A stretch of DNA of 56,286 nucleotides, filler included, from Platydemus manokwari (Eukaryota), in the NCBI GenBank assembly GCA_037951405.1. It is 5 parts of 5 records of this genome, joined end to end, with 100 filler letters (N's around TTAATTAATTAA, not from the genome) between each part and the next. Parts side by side here need not be neighbours in the genome. Positions count along the whole stretch, not along the records: positions 33,601 to 47,310 come from JBBMOY011640292.1; positions 47,411 to 56,286 come from JBBMOY011305873.1; 3 more parts are not named here. The stretch is one strand, 5' to 3'. The position numbers were made by a program, and so were the translations under genes. Below the pieces are notes generated by a model. That model was not told the DNA's origin. It did no database searches and saw only the letters and a list, made by a program, of their open reading frames with translations. Each line of letters begins with the position of its first letter. The first letter of the stretch is position 1. Shown here piece after piece: positions 36,237 to 49,059 of this stretch.

Positions 36237-37788
36237 ATGGATGAACAACAATTTGATCTTATGTGGAGCACAATGAGAGAATATAAACGCCATTTTACTG
36301 ACGATACGAGCTTTAATTCGAAATGCACAATTTGCAAAAATATTCTCATTAAAGCGTGTAATGCACCGTGTTTGTGTGTGTTTTGTCATGAGTGCATAAT
36401 CGATTATTTGAAAGATGGTAGCAGAAAATGTCCAGGCGAATCACAATGTCTAAATGAAGACCTGATCGATATCGAAAAAGATATTAAAATCAATAAAACC
36501 ATCAATATTAGAATATCAAAACTTGCTATGAAATGCCCACATATTGATTGTGAATCAGAAATTGAGTTGAGATTGATGAAAAATCATTTGGATAATTGTG
36601 CATATCGACCTGTTCCATGTCCCTGTGTAATTGTTGGCTGCGACGAGAATCGATTGATGAATAACAAAATCAATGATCATCTTTCAAATGATTTCTCGTC
36701 GCACATCAAATTATTGATGAACTGGATCAATAATTGTGGAAATGAGATGGAATATTTAAAGAAAAATAATGAAAAATTATCAAAAGAAAATATCGATTTG
36801 AAAACAGATGCAAAGAAAATAAAAGTAAAAATCAATTTTTATAAAATGAATGTTGTAATGTCGTAAAAACATCTCAGATTATTATTGAAGAATTGGAGAA
36901 AAAAGAAAAGGCAAATTCGATGGGAATGAAAATACTGAATGAAGAAATGGTAGCTCTAAAAAATGAAAATCGATTGATGAAAGATGAATTGAAGGCTTAC
37001 CATAATGAGATGAAACAAGTGAGATTTCTATTTGTGGGTTGATTGGATGATATTTCTGTTGTGGTTTTGTAGATGTTAATATTGAAAGCGGAGATGGAAA
37101 AACAGAACAAACAAATCCATCAACCAACCAATTACAATCGAGCTGGAATTATTGATGTAAAGTGATCATTTATGGCAATCAGCATTTTCAATAATATGAT
37201 ATTTATCAGGCCAACCAATCACAGCTCGACACGATATCACGTGAACACAAATTGATGAACAAACAATCGATTGATATGATTCGATCGATCAAATGCATCA
37301 GAGATACAACAAATAAATTGTCGATGCAAATGACGAAATTACAAGAAAATATGTTTGATGTTGAAAGCTTTGTTTGGAAAATCGATAATTGGAGTGATAA
37401 AATCAAACAAGCAAAGAAAAATCACGGCCAATTAATTCATATTGAAAGCAATGCTTTTCAATCAAGATTCTACAAAATTCGTCTGGAAGCTATGATTAGT
37501 GAAAATTTATTGATCAGTTTTCGTATTTTAAAGGGTTCATTTGACAACATTCTGCATTGGCCTTTCATTCGAGATGTCAACATTGGGTTGATGACACAAA
37601 AAACTGGTTTGATTTACAAATCAATAACAATACCATGTTCTGAATATTTCCATAATATGGCTCTCGAGAAACCAGAAAGAGAAACTAATGAGCCGTTTTG
37701 GTTGCGTTTCTTGTATCTGCGAACGGAAGAAATCTCAAAAAATTCAGATCTGAGTGAGGGCAATCAAATATTTATCCATTTTTTTTAA
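36237..37788 (+). CDS. TNF receptor-associated factor (TRAF)-like protein; exons 36237-36824, 36878-37018, 37073-37156, 37210-37788 (463 aa)
   Basis: RING-like CTICKNIL..CNAPCLCVFCHECI...CPG, TRAF Zn finger (CPHIDC...HLDNC.YRPVPCP...GC), coiled coil, and MATH domain (FVWKIDNW, LKGSFDNILHWPF). All three introns are phase 0 GT-AG. Confidence 0.9.
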
Positions 37789-38149
37789 ACCTTTCGAGGT
37801 TTCAACATGATTGTCCGAATTGATTTTATTGATAATTTTTGTCATTATTTGAAATCAATTTACTAGACAATCAATGACCCGAATTTTTAAGATGTTTAAA
37901 CAAATCTCAATGAATTCTATTCTGTGTGGATGATGAGTAGCAGCTGTAAAAAATAGATAAATTTAAACGGTTCTGATCTAACATTTACATATTTTATTAA
38001 AAAATTTTGTTTAGAATTTAATTTATTAGAAAGAATTTTAAATTATATTTTAATAATAATATATTTGAGAAATTAAATTAAATTACAAAATTAATCGTTA
38101 CTAGGTAGCACGTTAATTCTCAGCATAATTTAAGATTGAAGGGAGTAAA

Positions 38150-40030
38150 TAATTAATCGACTTTAGGTTGGTTTTTATCATTTCCTCATTCAACCTATCG
38201 TTGGGGTCCTCATCATTCGTTTTGTTGAATGTGTGTATTTCGTAACCCTGCATACCAGCGAAAGGAAGATTGGCCTGTTTGACAATTTAGAAATCATGTA
38301 GCTATGTCTTATCAGAAGCCAACAGCGCGAAGTGTTATTTGAGTTACTGTCTAAGAAGGACTGAGGATCATGAACTTTAATTTTCGAAAATATGAGGGCC
38401 AACACCCGAGTTACTTGATGCATCGAAGATACGGAAGACTAATACGGAAAATTAATCAATAATTTTTCATTTGAGGATGCTGAGATCTTTTGGAAAAAAT
38501 TCGAAAGTGAAGTAGCTAAAGAAGATGCAATAAAATAGTTCAAAACACCTTTGCGATGAAAAAGGTCAATCACTGACTTAATTGCTGAGTTTGTAAGAGT
38601 TCAATAAAATTATGATGTGCGATCCACCATTTTCAGGATTTAAACACTGCAAAATTGGTTCTTATTTCATACGTTTGACATGTGAAGCAATTGTTAAATT
38701 TATTTTGTTCTAAAAAAGTGAGAAATATTGACCTCGTTGAAAATCTTTTGATAAAGCCAAAAAAATTTCGGAATTCAGTCCATTGCCAAGATAGACCAAA
38801 GTAGAAAAATATCGCATTTTACCTTTTGCAAATACAAATGGAATACAAAGATTTCTTACAACACAAAGAAATTTTGAAGGAGGAAATTTTGAACAAGAGA
38901 TAATATTGGAAGACTTACAGCCAATAATAGTTGAAGAAAAACAATACCCTAAACAAGAACAGTCTATGATAAATAAATCAATTTTCCAGGAAACTATACA
39001 ATAAAAGATGCGATTTTTTAAAGCCAAAAGACGAAATATTGAGATTCGGACTTTGTTTCTGCTGTTAGAAGTTAGTACCTACTGAGAATAGAGTGTCTAA
39101 AATGTTGACAAGGACGTCATTTTTCAATCAAAAGCTGAAAACATAAAAGATTTCACCAAAAGAATAGGAATAAAATTTTAGTGGATAAAAGAGAAACTTG
39201 TCGAATACATCGGCTATCGTCTTTATGAACAACTTGGTAAATTAAAACGTTGTCAAAATTTTAAAATTTTCTCAACTTATAAGTTGGATAAAGCAGAAGA
39301 AAATATCTAAGATAAATAAAATCAACTTTAGATGGTAATGAAAATGATTTCTGTGTCATGATTTATGAGAAGAATGCGGTTAGAACCCTAAAGAATAAAA
39401 TCGATGTTCTTAAAAATGAAATTGAGAAAATTAATCGGCACTAAACAAGGACAATTGAATTTTCACAATTCAGAATGCATGAAATTTGAATGCGGTTGAA
39501 TATTTTGTAAAATAAATTATTGTTGATAAAATGAAGCACAAAATAATCAATGATAATAAATATTCATTCATTGATGATAAAGAAAAACTGGCCAGCCAGG
39601 GACTGCTATCGGTCAATTGTTTGGTGAGCAATGACAAAAGATGAATTTTAGAAAATATTACCATGTCAGAAAGAGAAAATACTCACTATGTAACTACTCT
39701 TTGAAATGTTGGAATGTATGGGAATGATTGTTATGGAGTGAAACAAAATATGGTTAGCCACAAAAATAGAAGGAATTTTAACAAAAATATGAAAATCATT
39801 AGAAAAATAATGATAACCAGGGGATATTCAAAACACTATGCCATAATTTCAAAGAAGATCGATGTTTTTAGGCAAACACTGATGGAATCCACTTGTACTA
39901 GAAAAAGATATCAATAAAATGTTAAATGATTTCATGAAACCAGTTGTTCAAACCAGTAACTTTACGTGAAGTTTTCGATTTATATTGGATAATAAAACCA
40001 ATGGTGACAATAGAATGTGCATTGATTATC
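38150..40030 (+). mobile_element. Highly decayed Ty3/gypsy internal region
   Basis: Fragmentary RT-like (~38770-38850; VEYIGY ~39200) and integrase-like (~39590-39900) segments in pol order, with numerous stops. Confidence 0.4.
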
Positions 40031-40217
40031 GACATTGAATGCTAAAGCAGTGAGATTTTCCACCCATTCCGGCACCAGATTAAAGTTTTCCTTATTTGAG
40101 TTTGACTAATATATATATTACTTATTCTCAATAAGATCGCCATAAAACCTCTTTTAATGCAATACCTGGGTGATTTGAGCTCAATCGAATGCTGTTGAAC
40201 TCTGGCGCTCCAGCAAT

Positions 40218-40740
40218 CAATGTTCCCAGCAATACGTTCGCACACACAAGGAAAACAGGTACTCACAGTTGCACAATGCCTGCGCACACAAAGGAAAACG
40301 TCAGCGCACAAAATTTGTTACTGAGAATAAAGTACTGGCTCAATGTCAAAAACTTTTTTTAAATATCTGTTTCGAGAATGAAATTTTTATTTCTTTAGCA
40401 ACGAAAATAAAATATTTAAATATGGTTTCATGATTGTTGCCCCTACGTTGTTCCGTGTGCTGGCTCTGTATTGTAGGTAAAAATGATAAAAGTCAAGAAT
40501 ATTTGGATTTGGCAAAGTTGTTGGATATTGCTGGAACATTTCTGAAATCCAGTGCAGGCTGTGAAGGGGGATTTAATTTAATGAATTCCATTAAAAAAAA
40601 TAAAAGAAATATAATGGGTGATTTACATGATTGTAAGAATTAAGAGCTATATTCAAAGTAATGGTGTAGTTGATTTAGATTGTGTGTTCAAAGCATGGTT
40701 AAAGACAAATGACAGAAGAGAGAAGAATTAAAATATTTGT
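40218..40740 (+). mobile_element. hAT transposon remnant (left end plus C-terminal dimerisation domain)
   Basis: CAATGTTCCCAG left-end-like sequence with repeated GCACACA subterminal motifs; ORF 40434-40643 has LLDIAGTFLKSSAGCEGGFNLMNSIKKNKRN, matching hAT SSAxCERGFSxMNxIKxxxRN. Confidence 0.7.
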
Positions 40741-41355
40741 ACACAACTGACACAAACAAAAAGTGGCCGTTTATTTGCTTTAAGTAATTGTTTTATTGTA
40801 ACTTATAGTATTATCTTCGACAGTTTATTGTATCTCTACTTTTATATAAACTAGTATTTAATATAGAAATACAGAGAGTTTAAAAAAATGAAAAATAATG
40901 TTTATTAAATTTAAACAAATAATTTAAAAGACAGTTTATTTATACAGAGTAACCTATTGCATACCCACCGTGGCTTCCTAAAAAATGACAATATAAAGTA
41001 AAATAAATTTTTTAATTTGAACAGAGAAAATTTTTTGTGTAATTTTGTATAATATTTTTCTACGTATATATAATATTTATATAATAATTATAACTAATTA
41101 TAATATAATAATTATTTTTTACTTAATTATCAGATTGAGATCATCCATCATACACGTAGCTCAATCTGTCATCCATTATTAATTACATATTCATTCTTCG
41201 ACAGGATTTATTTTAACCCTTTAAAATCCTGTCGGGTTCTGCGTGAATTTTTTTTCCCACAATATAGTAATCCTTGGTTTTGGGTTACTTGATGAATTGG
41301 TCTCAAAATTAATATATAAATAGATCGTAATTTTCTATATTTATTTTAGTCCCAT

Positions 41356-41405
41356 CTGTCTATTGTCCGAGGTACTGATAAGGCCCGTGAAAGGCCGAAA
41401 TAGCA
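41356..41405 (+). ncRNA. Hammerhead ribozyme motif 1 (variant core)
   Basis: CTGATAA (41375-41381; G8->A variant of CUGAUGA), stem II GGCC/GGCC with loop CGTGAAA, GAAA (41397-41400), then TAG able to pair with upstream CTA. Confidence 0.6.
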
Positions 41406-41474
41406 CACGATCCGTATCATAAAACTACCATAATTATCATCGTAGCTATCGTTCTTGAAAGTTCCAAGAGATCT

Positions 41475-41530
41475 TCCTACATATCTCTGAACCGGGATAC
41501 TGATGAGGCTTATGGAGGGCCGAAAAAGGA
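41475..41530 (+). ncRNA. Hammerhead ribozyme motif 2 (type III topology)
   Basis: Stem I TATCTC/GGGATA with loop TGAACC, exact core CTGATGA (41500-41506), stem II GGCTT/GGGCC, GAAA (41522-41525), stem III TCCT/AGGA. The cleavage triplet reads ACA rather than NUH. Confidence 0.7.
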
Positions 41531-41818
41531 CCAATTTTTCAAAAAAATTATGTTTATTTATTTATTGTTTTCTTGATCACTTAACTATTACTATTAACAA
41601 TACTATTAGTCATTTAAAGAAATAAAGAGTCTATGAAATGAATAAATTGTTTTCATGTCTTATGAGCACCGTGCACACAATTAATTTCAGTTTGTCATAT
41701 TTTGCACAACTCCAAATAATCCGCACAGGGACTTGTAAAAATTAGATAGAACATGGCCAGCAATATTTTATAAGTTGAAGACTATCATTCTATCCAATGG
41801 AAATTGGAAAGAGTATGA

Positions 41819-41849
<31 letters not shown>

Positions 41850-43205
41850 ATAGTGACAGTGTTGAAAAAGATGTGAATAGAAGATTAGAATCAAGTGAAT
41901 CCTTTCGATTCGTATGAATTCAATAATAGCATTCGGAAGTAGTAGGCAAGGTGAGACAATGGCAGCATTTCCTACAAATTAAAAAAATGTTTTATCAGGT
42001 CCTCCTCGACACACCCGAGAAAACAAAAAAATATAATAAAATATGATGTTGATGAATGATATCATGATCAGAAATCTTTGTTAAGAAAAATATCTTAAGT
42101 TTACTACGAATATATATAATTTTTTTCAATTCATTCATTTTGATAATATCTTTCTAGAATTTTTAAACCATTGAAATCTAACAACCCATAAGTTACAGAT
42201 TTTTTTATTTCATTAATAATAAATATTTCCTTTATATATTTTACATTATAACCTTTTCAAATTTATTTTTATATTCCTACTCGATCTAACACTTCAACCT
42301 TTGGTTTTACATTCAAACTAAAACTTACATCATTATGTTTCTCTATCACCTCCTTCATTATTTCAAGATTCTATAGGACTTACCTCAATATTCGAATGAG
42401 CTTTGTTATTATATTTATTTATAACACATAACCATTCCAATTTTTATTTCTTCTTTTTAAAGTTCTAATATCTTTTTTAGCAAGTACAGCTTCATCTTAA
42501 TTTTCTGTATGATATAAAATAATATAATTATCCTCACAAAACTTTTTAAAAACCTTACTTGTTATTACAGTTTCTGTATCTAACCAAATATATTTACTAA
42601 TTCTTTGAACTTTCAAATGCTTCAGCTAAAGTTTCTTGTTTATTTATGGGATATGAAAATCCTTGCATCATTCTCGACTTGATGCGTTTTCAATTAATTG
42701 GACAATACGATCAATTTTTCAACTGTCGTTTGTCAACCATTTCAATTTACTTAATTTTTCTGCTATTTATACCGTTACTACTATCTTGTTGATCTAATTG
42801 TACCAAAATTTTTAATAATTTTAATTGCCATTTACCTTCATAATTCATCATCATTTTTAATCTTAAATTTATTCATACTATTTCGAATTTCTCTTTTAAC
42901 CTATTTTAATCATATTTCAAATAGTTAAATTGTAGTTCATGTAATAAAATTCTAAATATGATTTTAAACTTCATTTCAGATTGTTAAAATAATATAATTA
43001 ATTTAAAAAATTATATTTATAAGTATTGATGAAATAATTTTTTATTGTTATTATGTAATTTCAATAACAATATAGTGTATTTTGTTTTATTACACTTCTT
43101 ACAGTAAATAGTCTGATAAAAATTTAATTATCGAAAAATTTAATTAAATAACATTGAAGGTTTTCTTGATAGTTTTATTAATATTAATGTTGATTAAAAA
43201 TTAAG

Positions 43206-46200
43206 ATGATGGAAGACAATATGAACTCATTGGATTCTTTGCCATTGTTCAAGGAAGCAATTAAACTTCCAAAAGAAGAATATTATAAATATGCAAATGC
43301 GATTTTTCCGTATCGTTCAAACTGTCAAACATTTATGGCCGAGGTTAATGAAAAAATTTTTGAATGGTGTGAAGCATTAAATTGCTTGGAGTCCATTGCA
43401 AATTGTAAAATCCCACCTTACCCAGATACAGTAACCACTGCTGACCCAAACGTACCCAGAATATCATCCATTTTATCCACAACTGGCCCAACAACACAAT
43501 TAATCACTTCATCATATAATCAATTAATGAACGTTGTTGGGTATAACGGAACGTGTTACGATGACTACTATTGTAATCAGCGATCTGTAGTGTTATATCT
43601 TCATTATATCCTGGGTATTGCTTGCTTGGTGATGTGCCTCATCGGAATATTATCCACATCTCTGTTTCTACCAGCTTTCAATGTAGTGAGCAACAGAACG
43701 GGAGCGACATTTTATTTGACTGCCATGGCCATATTTGATTGTATCTATATGATCCTGTTCACTGTCATCATTGTTATACAATATATTCCATATAATTTCA
43801 CTGAACAATTAGATATGTATGCTCGTTTCACAGCTTATTTTATACCTCACGGATTACCTACCATGCAATTAATGGAGTTGCTTTCGGTAATTATTTCATT
43901 ATATTTATTATTTTTATTCAAGCTTTTTCATTTTTATCAAAATTTTTGCTTTTCTAACATTATATTATTATTGAAATAAAAATTAATTGGAATAATTATT
44001 TTATTTTGGTTTTTATTTTCCAATAATACAAAAAATATTGTTTGCAAAAATGAAAACCTATACTTCTTTGTTCACCGGAAATCTCAAGAAATATTTTCCA
44101 ATGCTTACATGCTTACATGTTTATTTCGATTTGTTGTGTTAAACTCATTTTATAGAGTCGGCGAGATTCAATCTGATTGGTTGATTATCTATCGATTAAT
44201 GAGTATGCAATATTGTGTTGTGTTGTAGAGAGAACATGTATTACTAATGCCCATATTTCTGCAATTTTCCGATGACGATTCTCATCAGCACAATATTATC
44301 AATTATAAAATCGATGAAATCATTTTATGAAATTCAATATCTTTAATAGCTTGTTTATATTTGATGTTTTGAAGAAATAATCAAATAGAAAAAGTAAAAA
44401 TAATATCGCCAAATTTAATCGGCCGATGATTTGTAAAAGGCTGATTAATAGCAGTGACTAATAAAGGCATTGATCGAGACAATAATTTTATTATTATCAT
44501 TATTATAATTATTGTTATAATAACGCTTATATCAATTGTGAATGGAATGGAATAGAATAGAAAAATTGACAAAAAATAATTCATTGGTGCTTGTTTGACA
44601 AATATTGATTGTCAAACACAAAGAATTTTCATTTTCGAAAAATTGGATTACGGTTTTGATGATATTGGATTGATTTATAATTCATGTTCACACAGTAGTG
44701 ATTTAATGGTAATTGATATGGAAAATAATATCAACAATTGTAACACATTCTCTCTCATTATGGCCGGCCAATAAATAGCTATATGATATATATATATGTT
44801 AACATGGATATGGATACTGGAGATGGATATTATTTATTTATTGATGTATTTGCTCGTAATGAGATATAAACATTTCATATAACAATGAGGTTATTGTTTC
44901 ATCATCATTATCATATATATGTCTACTTGTTTCGCTCTAAAATGATTGTTATAGACTCATTGTTATTTGGTCTATGATTACCACTATGCCATTCATCACG
45001 TGACATTTGCTTTTGGTGGTTTTTCTGGTCATTCATATATATATAATATTGCTGATTTTTTCGTGTGAACTACGTTTATTGCAATTAATTTTAATCTGTT
45101 TTTGACGTTTTCTGTTTTAGCAACAATAAAGAAATATCAAATTTGCAATTTATTAATTTGATCTTCCGATGATGGCAATTGTTTTTCGCTGGTTATTTTT
45201 GATATTTCATATGGCCGTTAATTTGTCATTTTAATATATCAATAAATTTGACAATTCTTATTAGGTTGCTATGGATACACTGTTGTTATGACTAGTTTAT
45301 TTCTATGGATATGACATGTTAAAATATATCAAACGGATTATCTATATCCGCACAATTTGCTCTGATTTTCTCACAACATATTTCATTATAATATTTGTAT
45401 TGATAATATTTTATTTCATTTCGTTCATATTGAGATTAGCTGTGAAGAACCAGCTTGAGATGCTTGTAAATGAGGCGATTAAATTTAAATTTTAATTTTA
45501 TTACCATAAAATAAAATAAATTTATTAAATATAATCTATTAATGAAAATAAAATAAAATAAAAATTATTATTGAATATTATTTGAATGATTTTTAACCCC
45601 ACCTCATGGCTCAATTTATTAAGATTTTTCACTTTCAATTTTCATTTTCAAAATAATCACCGTTTCCATTGATACAATGACGATTTTAATTTTTTACAAT
45701 TCGATAACATATCCCTTCATCAAGGTCATGATGTGTGTCGCAAATTCTATTTTCCAATGCATTTCTGCAAATTTTAATCAAAGGTTAGATGTGAAACACA
45801 AAATTTATTTTAATAAATATTAATTTTATATAATGATATTTTTGGAAATATTATGTCATTATAAATTCTATTTATAAATAAAGCAGAATTCAATTTAATC
45901 TATCCATTCTTACATCTGAATTTGTTTTCCAGTCATTGTTAGTATATCAGGACAATAAAAATATAATATAATAGATAAGTCAAAATATTTAAGGTTAATC
46001 GCAAACCTAACGATAATAATAATTAATAATAATATTATCATCAGTTACCATATTTTACTATCAGTTTTATCATTCCATATGAAAATTCATTTTATCTATA
46101 GCATTGTATTAAGCAATTCTATCGGACTCTTTCTTATCAAATCCATTGATTTTATTAATCTATCTTCTGTAGGCACCAATTTGATATTCTTCAATAGCTT

Positions 46201-46927
46201 TTTTCTACCAGTTGACCATATCACCACTGTAGACAATTCGTAATATTAATGAAGGTTTTAATTATGAACAAATAAGTGGAATTTAATTTTACGTTATGTA
46301 TATATTTTCAATAACTGTCTCCTACTGATCCGAAAAGTATTGAAGTTCCATCTATATATGGGAAAACGTTGAGGTAAAACTTTATTGAAAAGTATTGGGT
46401 GTTCTAAATGTTCAAAAAACTGAATGTATAATCTATATGGAAAATAATGTAAACTATTTGTGAATACAAATAAATAATAATAGATGTTGTGTATCTTTTC
46501 AGGGTATTCTCATCAATAGCTGATATTCACTTTAGATTTAAACTTCATCAACTGGTTTTGCGGTTATTTCTACTAGAATGCTTTTATTTATATAACTTCA
46601 TTATTATGTACCTACTGTGATATAGCATTTGTGATCTCAAATCAATCAATAATAACAATAATAAAGATAAATTGACAAACATTGTTTTCTTTTACAGGTC
46701 TGGATCACAGTGGCCATTCTGGTCGATCGATTTCTTTATTTAAAATTTGGTTTCCATTCTAAAATCATTTGTTCTCGTAAAGTTAGTGCCAAAATTCTCG
46801 TAGCTATTTTGGTATTGTTGATTATTTATACGATACCAAAGTATTTGGAATATCATCTCATCGAATATCCTCAATCGGGAGTTTTAAAGGTTATGTTTAC
46901 AGCTGTCGGTTTCAATGAATCATTTCA
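43206..46927 (+). CDS. Rhodopsin-family (class A) peptide-receptor-like GPCR, 5' part; exons 43206-43886 and 46698-46927, TM5-7 not found
   Basis: Long Cys-containing N-terminus; TM1 (YILGIACLVMCLIGILSTSL), TM2 (TFYLTAMAIFDCIYM), TM3 split by a phase-0 intron (MELLS/VWITVAILVDRF), TM4 (ILVLLIIYTIPKYLEY). FMRFamide/Srw-receptor-like pattern. Confidence 0.85.
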
Positions 46928-47310
46928 GTGAGTTCTGTTTATCGATTATATCAAAACGATTCTTATCAATCATTATCGATTTATAAAAGATTATAATTAT
47001 TGATAAATAAAATGATTTATTGGTATCGCCATTGATTATAACATTTTATCCCCATCATATTTCTATCTTTATTTAGATTTGAAATCAAATAGTGGAGTGT
47101 AATTTATGTGTAATATTGGTATTAATGAGAGAAATATATAAATAATATTTATCCAAATTATCGAATCAATAATAAAATTTGTTGATAAACGATTAAAATA
47201 ATATTTTTCTTTAATTGATTATAGTTATTAAAAATGGTTATGTTATACTCTGAGGGCACCAACAAACTAGTAACCAGTAAATAAAGGAATTCCAAGCGAA
47301 TTGCAAAATT

Positions 47311-47410
47311 NNNNNNNNNNNNNNNNNNNNNNNNNNNNNNNNNNNNNNNNNNNNTTAATTAATTAANNNNNNNNNNNNNNNNNNNNNNNNNNNNNNNNNN
47401 NNNNNNNNNN
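47311..47410. other. Assembly gap with artificial linker
   Basis: N44-TTAATTAATTAA-N44. Confidence 0.97.
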
Positions 47411-48370
47411 AACATATTTTTTTCGTAGACATCAAGCCTTCAGTTGGATGTTTTATATTTCGTTCCAATGGAAAGAGCTTCCTAGACATCATGCCGATAA
47501 ATATTATTTATATTTATTTATTTCATGTATTCTGTGTAGATTTATTAAATATATTTATTTAATTATTCTTTTCATTTAAGATTATTTTTAGTAGTGATGG
47601 AACATTTTCTCTTAATAAATTATATAAAATATTCATAAAAAATAATTCGAACAATGAAAGAAACTGATAGTTTAATGAGATAAAATATAATTGAGAGAGA
47701 AAACATTTAAACAATGGAGACCAGACAAAATTGTTTCAAAAAAATCAGATAAAACTTATCGATTTCCTTAAGTAGCGAAGTTCATTGTTGAATCCATCCT
47801 GATAACAGCATTTTACAATGAAATACAAAGCGTATTGTTTAAGTTTCAATAAAATGTTTGGATTAATGGAGACAATTCGTATTAAAATGGTGACATACGA
47901 TAAGATAATTTGTTTAATTAATCTAAATTGTTCCAGATGAAGATTAGATAGTGAAATTCAAATATCATTTGCAATTTTTGTAATTTTAGTTGTGATGTAT
48001 GGCGTTGAAAACTGGGAGAAATAGTTGCTACAGTTTTGATAATTTACCAAACGAAATTCTCAAATAGCTGATAAAGACTTAAATCTAAAATTCATAAACA
48101 TCTCATTAATAATTAAATATTTATAATAGAAAATTAAAAAATTTTAAAAAATGTATAAAAAATGATATAGCTGAAAAAACCTGAAATTTTAAAATAAGCA
48201 AGCCGCAAGTGAATTTGATTTAATTGCATTGAAATGCTGAATATTGTTTGAAAATGGATTTCAAATCTTAAACTATGGACAAATGTGAGCAGATAAATGA
48301 ACGTCGGGTGAATTTAGTTATTCATTGCCACATGACGAGAATATTTATTATAACCCTATGAGAACTGAGA

Positions 48371-48500
48371 TGTTACGACATATAATTATAATTTTTTATA
48401 AAATTATATTAATTTGTTTATATATTTCATTTAATTACAATTTGATGTCTTGACTTTTCAGTTCGTTTTCGATAAGTGTTTTTTTTAATAGTAGGGCCTC
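48371..48500. repeat. Diverged relative of the solo-LTR family at 10.5/12.9 kb
   Basis: Shares CTTTTCAGTTCGTTTTCGAT...TTTTT.AATAGTAG.GGC with the 3' end of those copies; starts TGTTACG. Confidence 0.45.
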
Positions 48501-49059
48501 AATATCAATAACGCATCTGGATACAATTCCGGAAGATTGATAACTGTAAATTATGGGAAAAAAGTCGAATCTATTGAGAATATACAGAGAATATATAATA
48601 AAATATAAAGGACATGCAGAGAATATATAAAATAGATGGGAAAATTAGAGATTTTGATGTGGATAAATATGTAGAGTATTCGATACAAATCCAATTAAAA
48701 ATACCAAGAAAATCAAAGATCTTAAATAAAGGGGGATTTTAATAATTATTTTGCTTTAAAATCATGAATATTGTAGATTTAATTTTAATTTTTCAAAGTC
48801 CGTCAGTAGAAGACGATGAAAACTAATCAGATGTGATTTTGGAGTCAATCGTGAGAAAATCTCTACCTTATCAAGTCGAGTTTTACCTGGCTATCTTATA
48901 AATATTAGTTCTTTTGATTTTTGTTTTTTTTGTTTTCTTTGTTTATACTAAATGAGTTTTCAGTAGCAAAAAACAAATAAACGGAAAAATTCAGTTGTCA
49001 TTTTATAAAGGTTTTTCCAAATAGTTTGTTGATAATCATTAGCTAATAACAAATCTACA

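Noticed and set aside
40040-40215. Possible Tc1-like transposase C-terminal remnant on the minus strand
   Set aside because: Only a faint motif resemblance and no TIR; not supportable.
44265-44290. Minus-strand CTGATGA...GAAA hammerhead-like core in the GPCR intron
   Set aside because: Stem II lacks the closing R-Y pair and stems I/III are unsupported; likely chance. The same applies to CTGATGA at 5582 and to the minus-strand copy at ~1408-1414.
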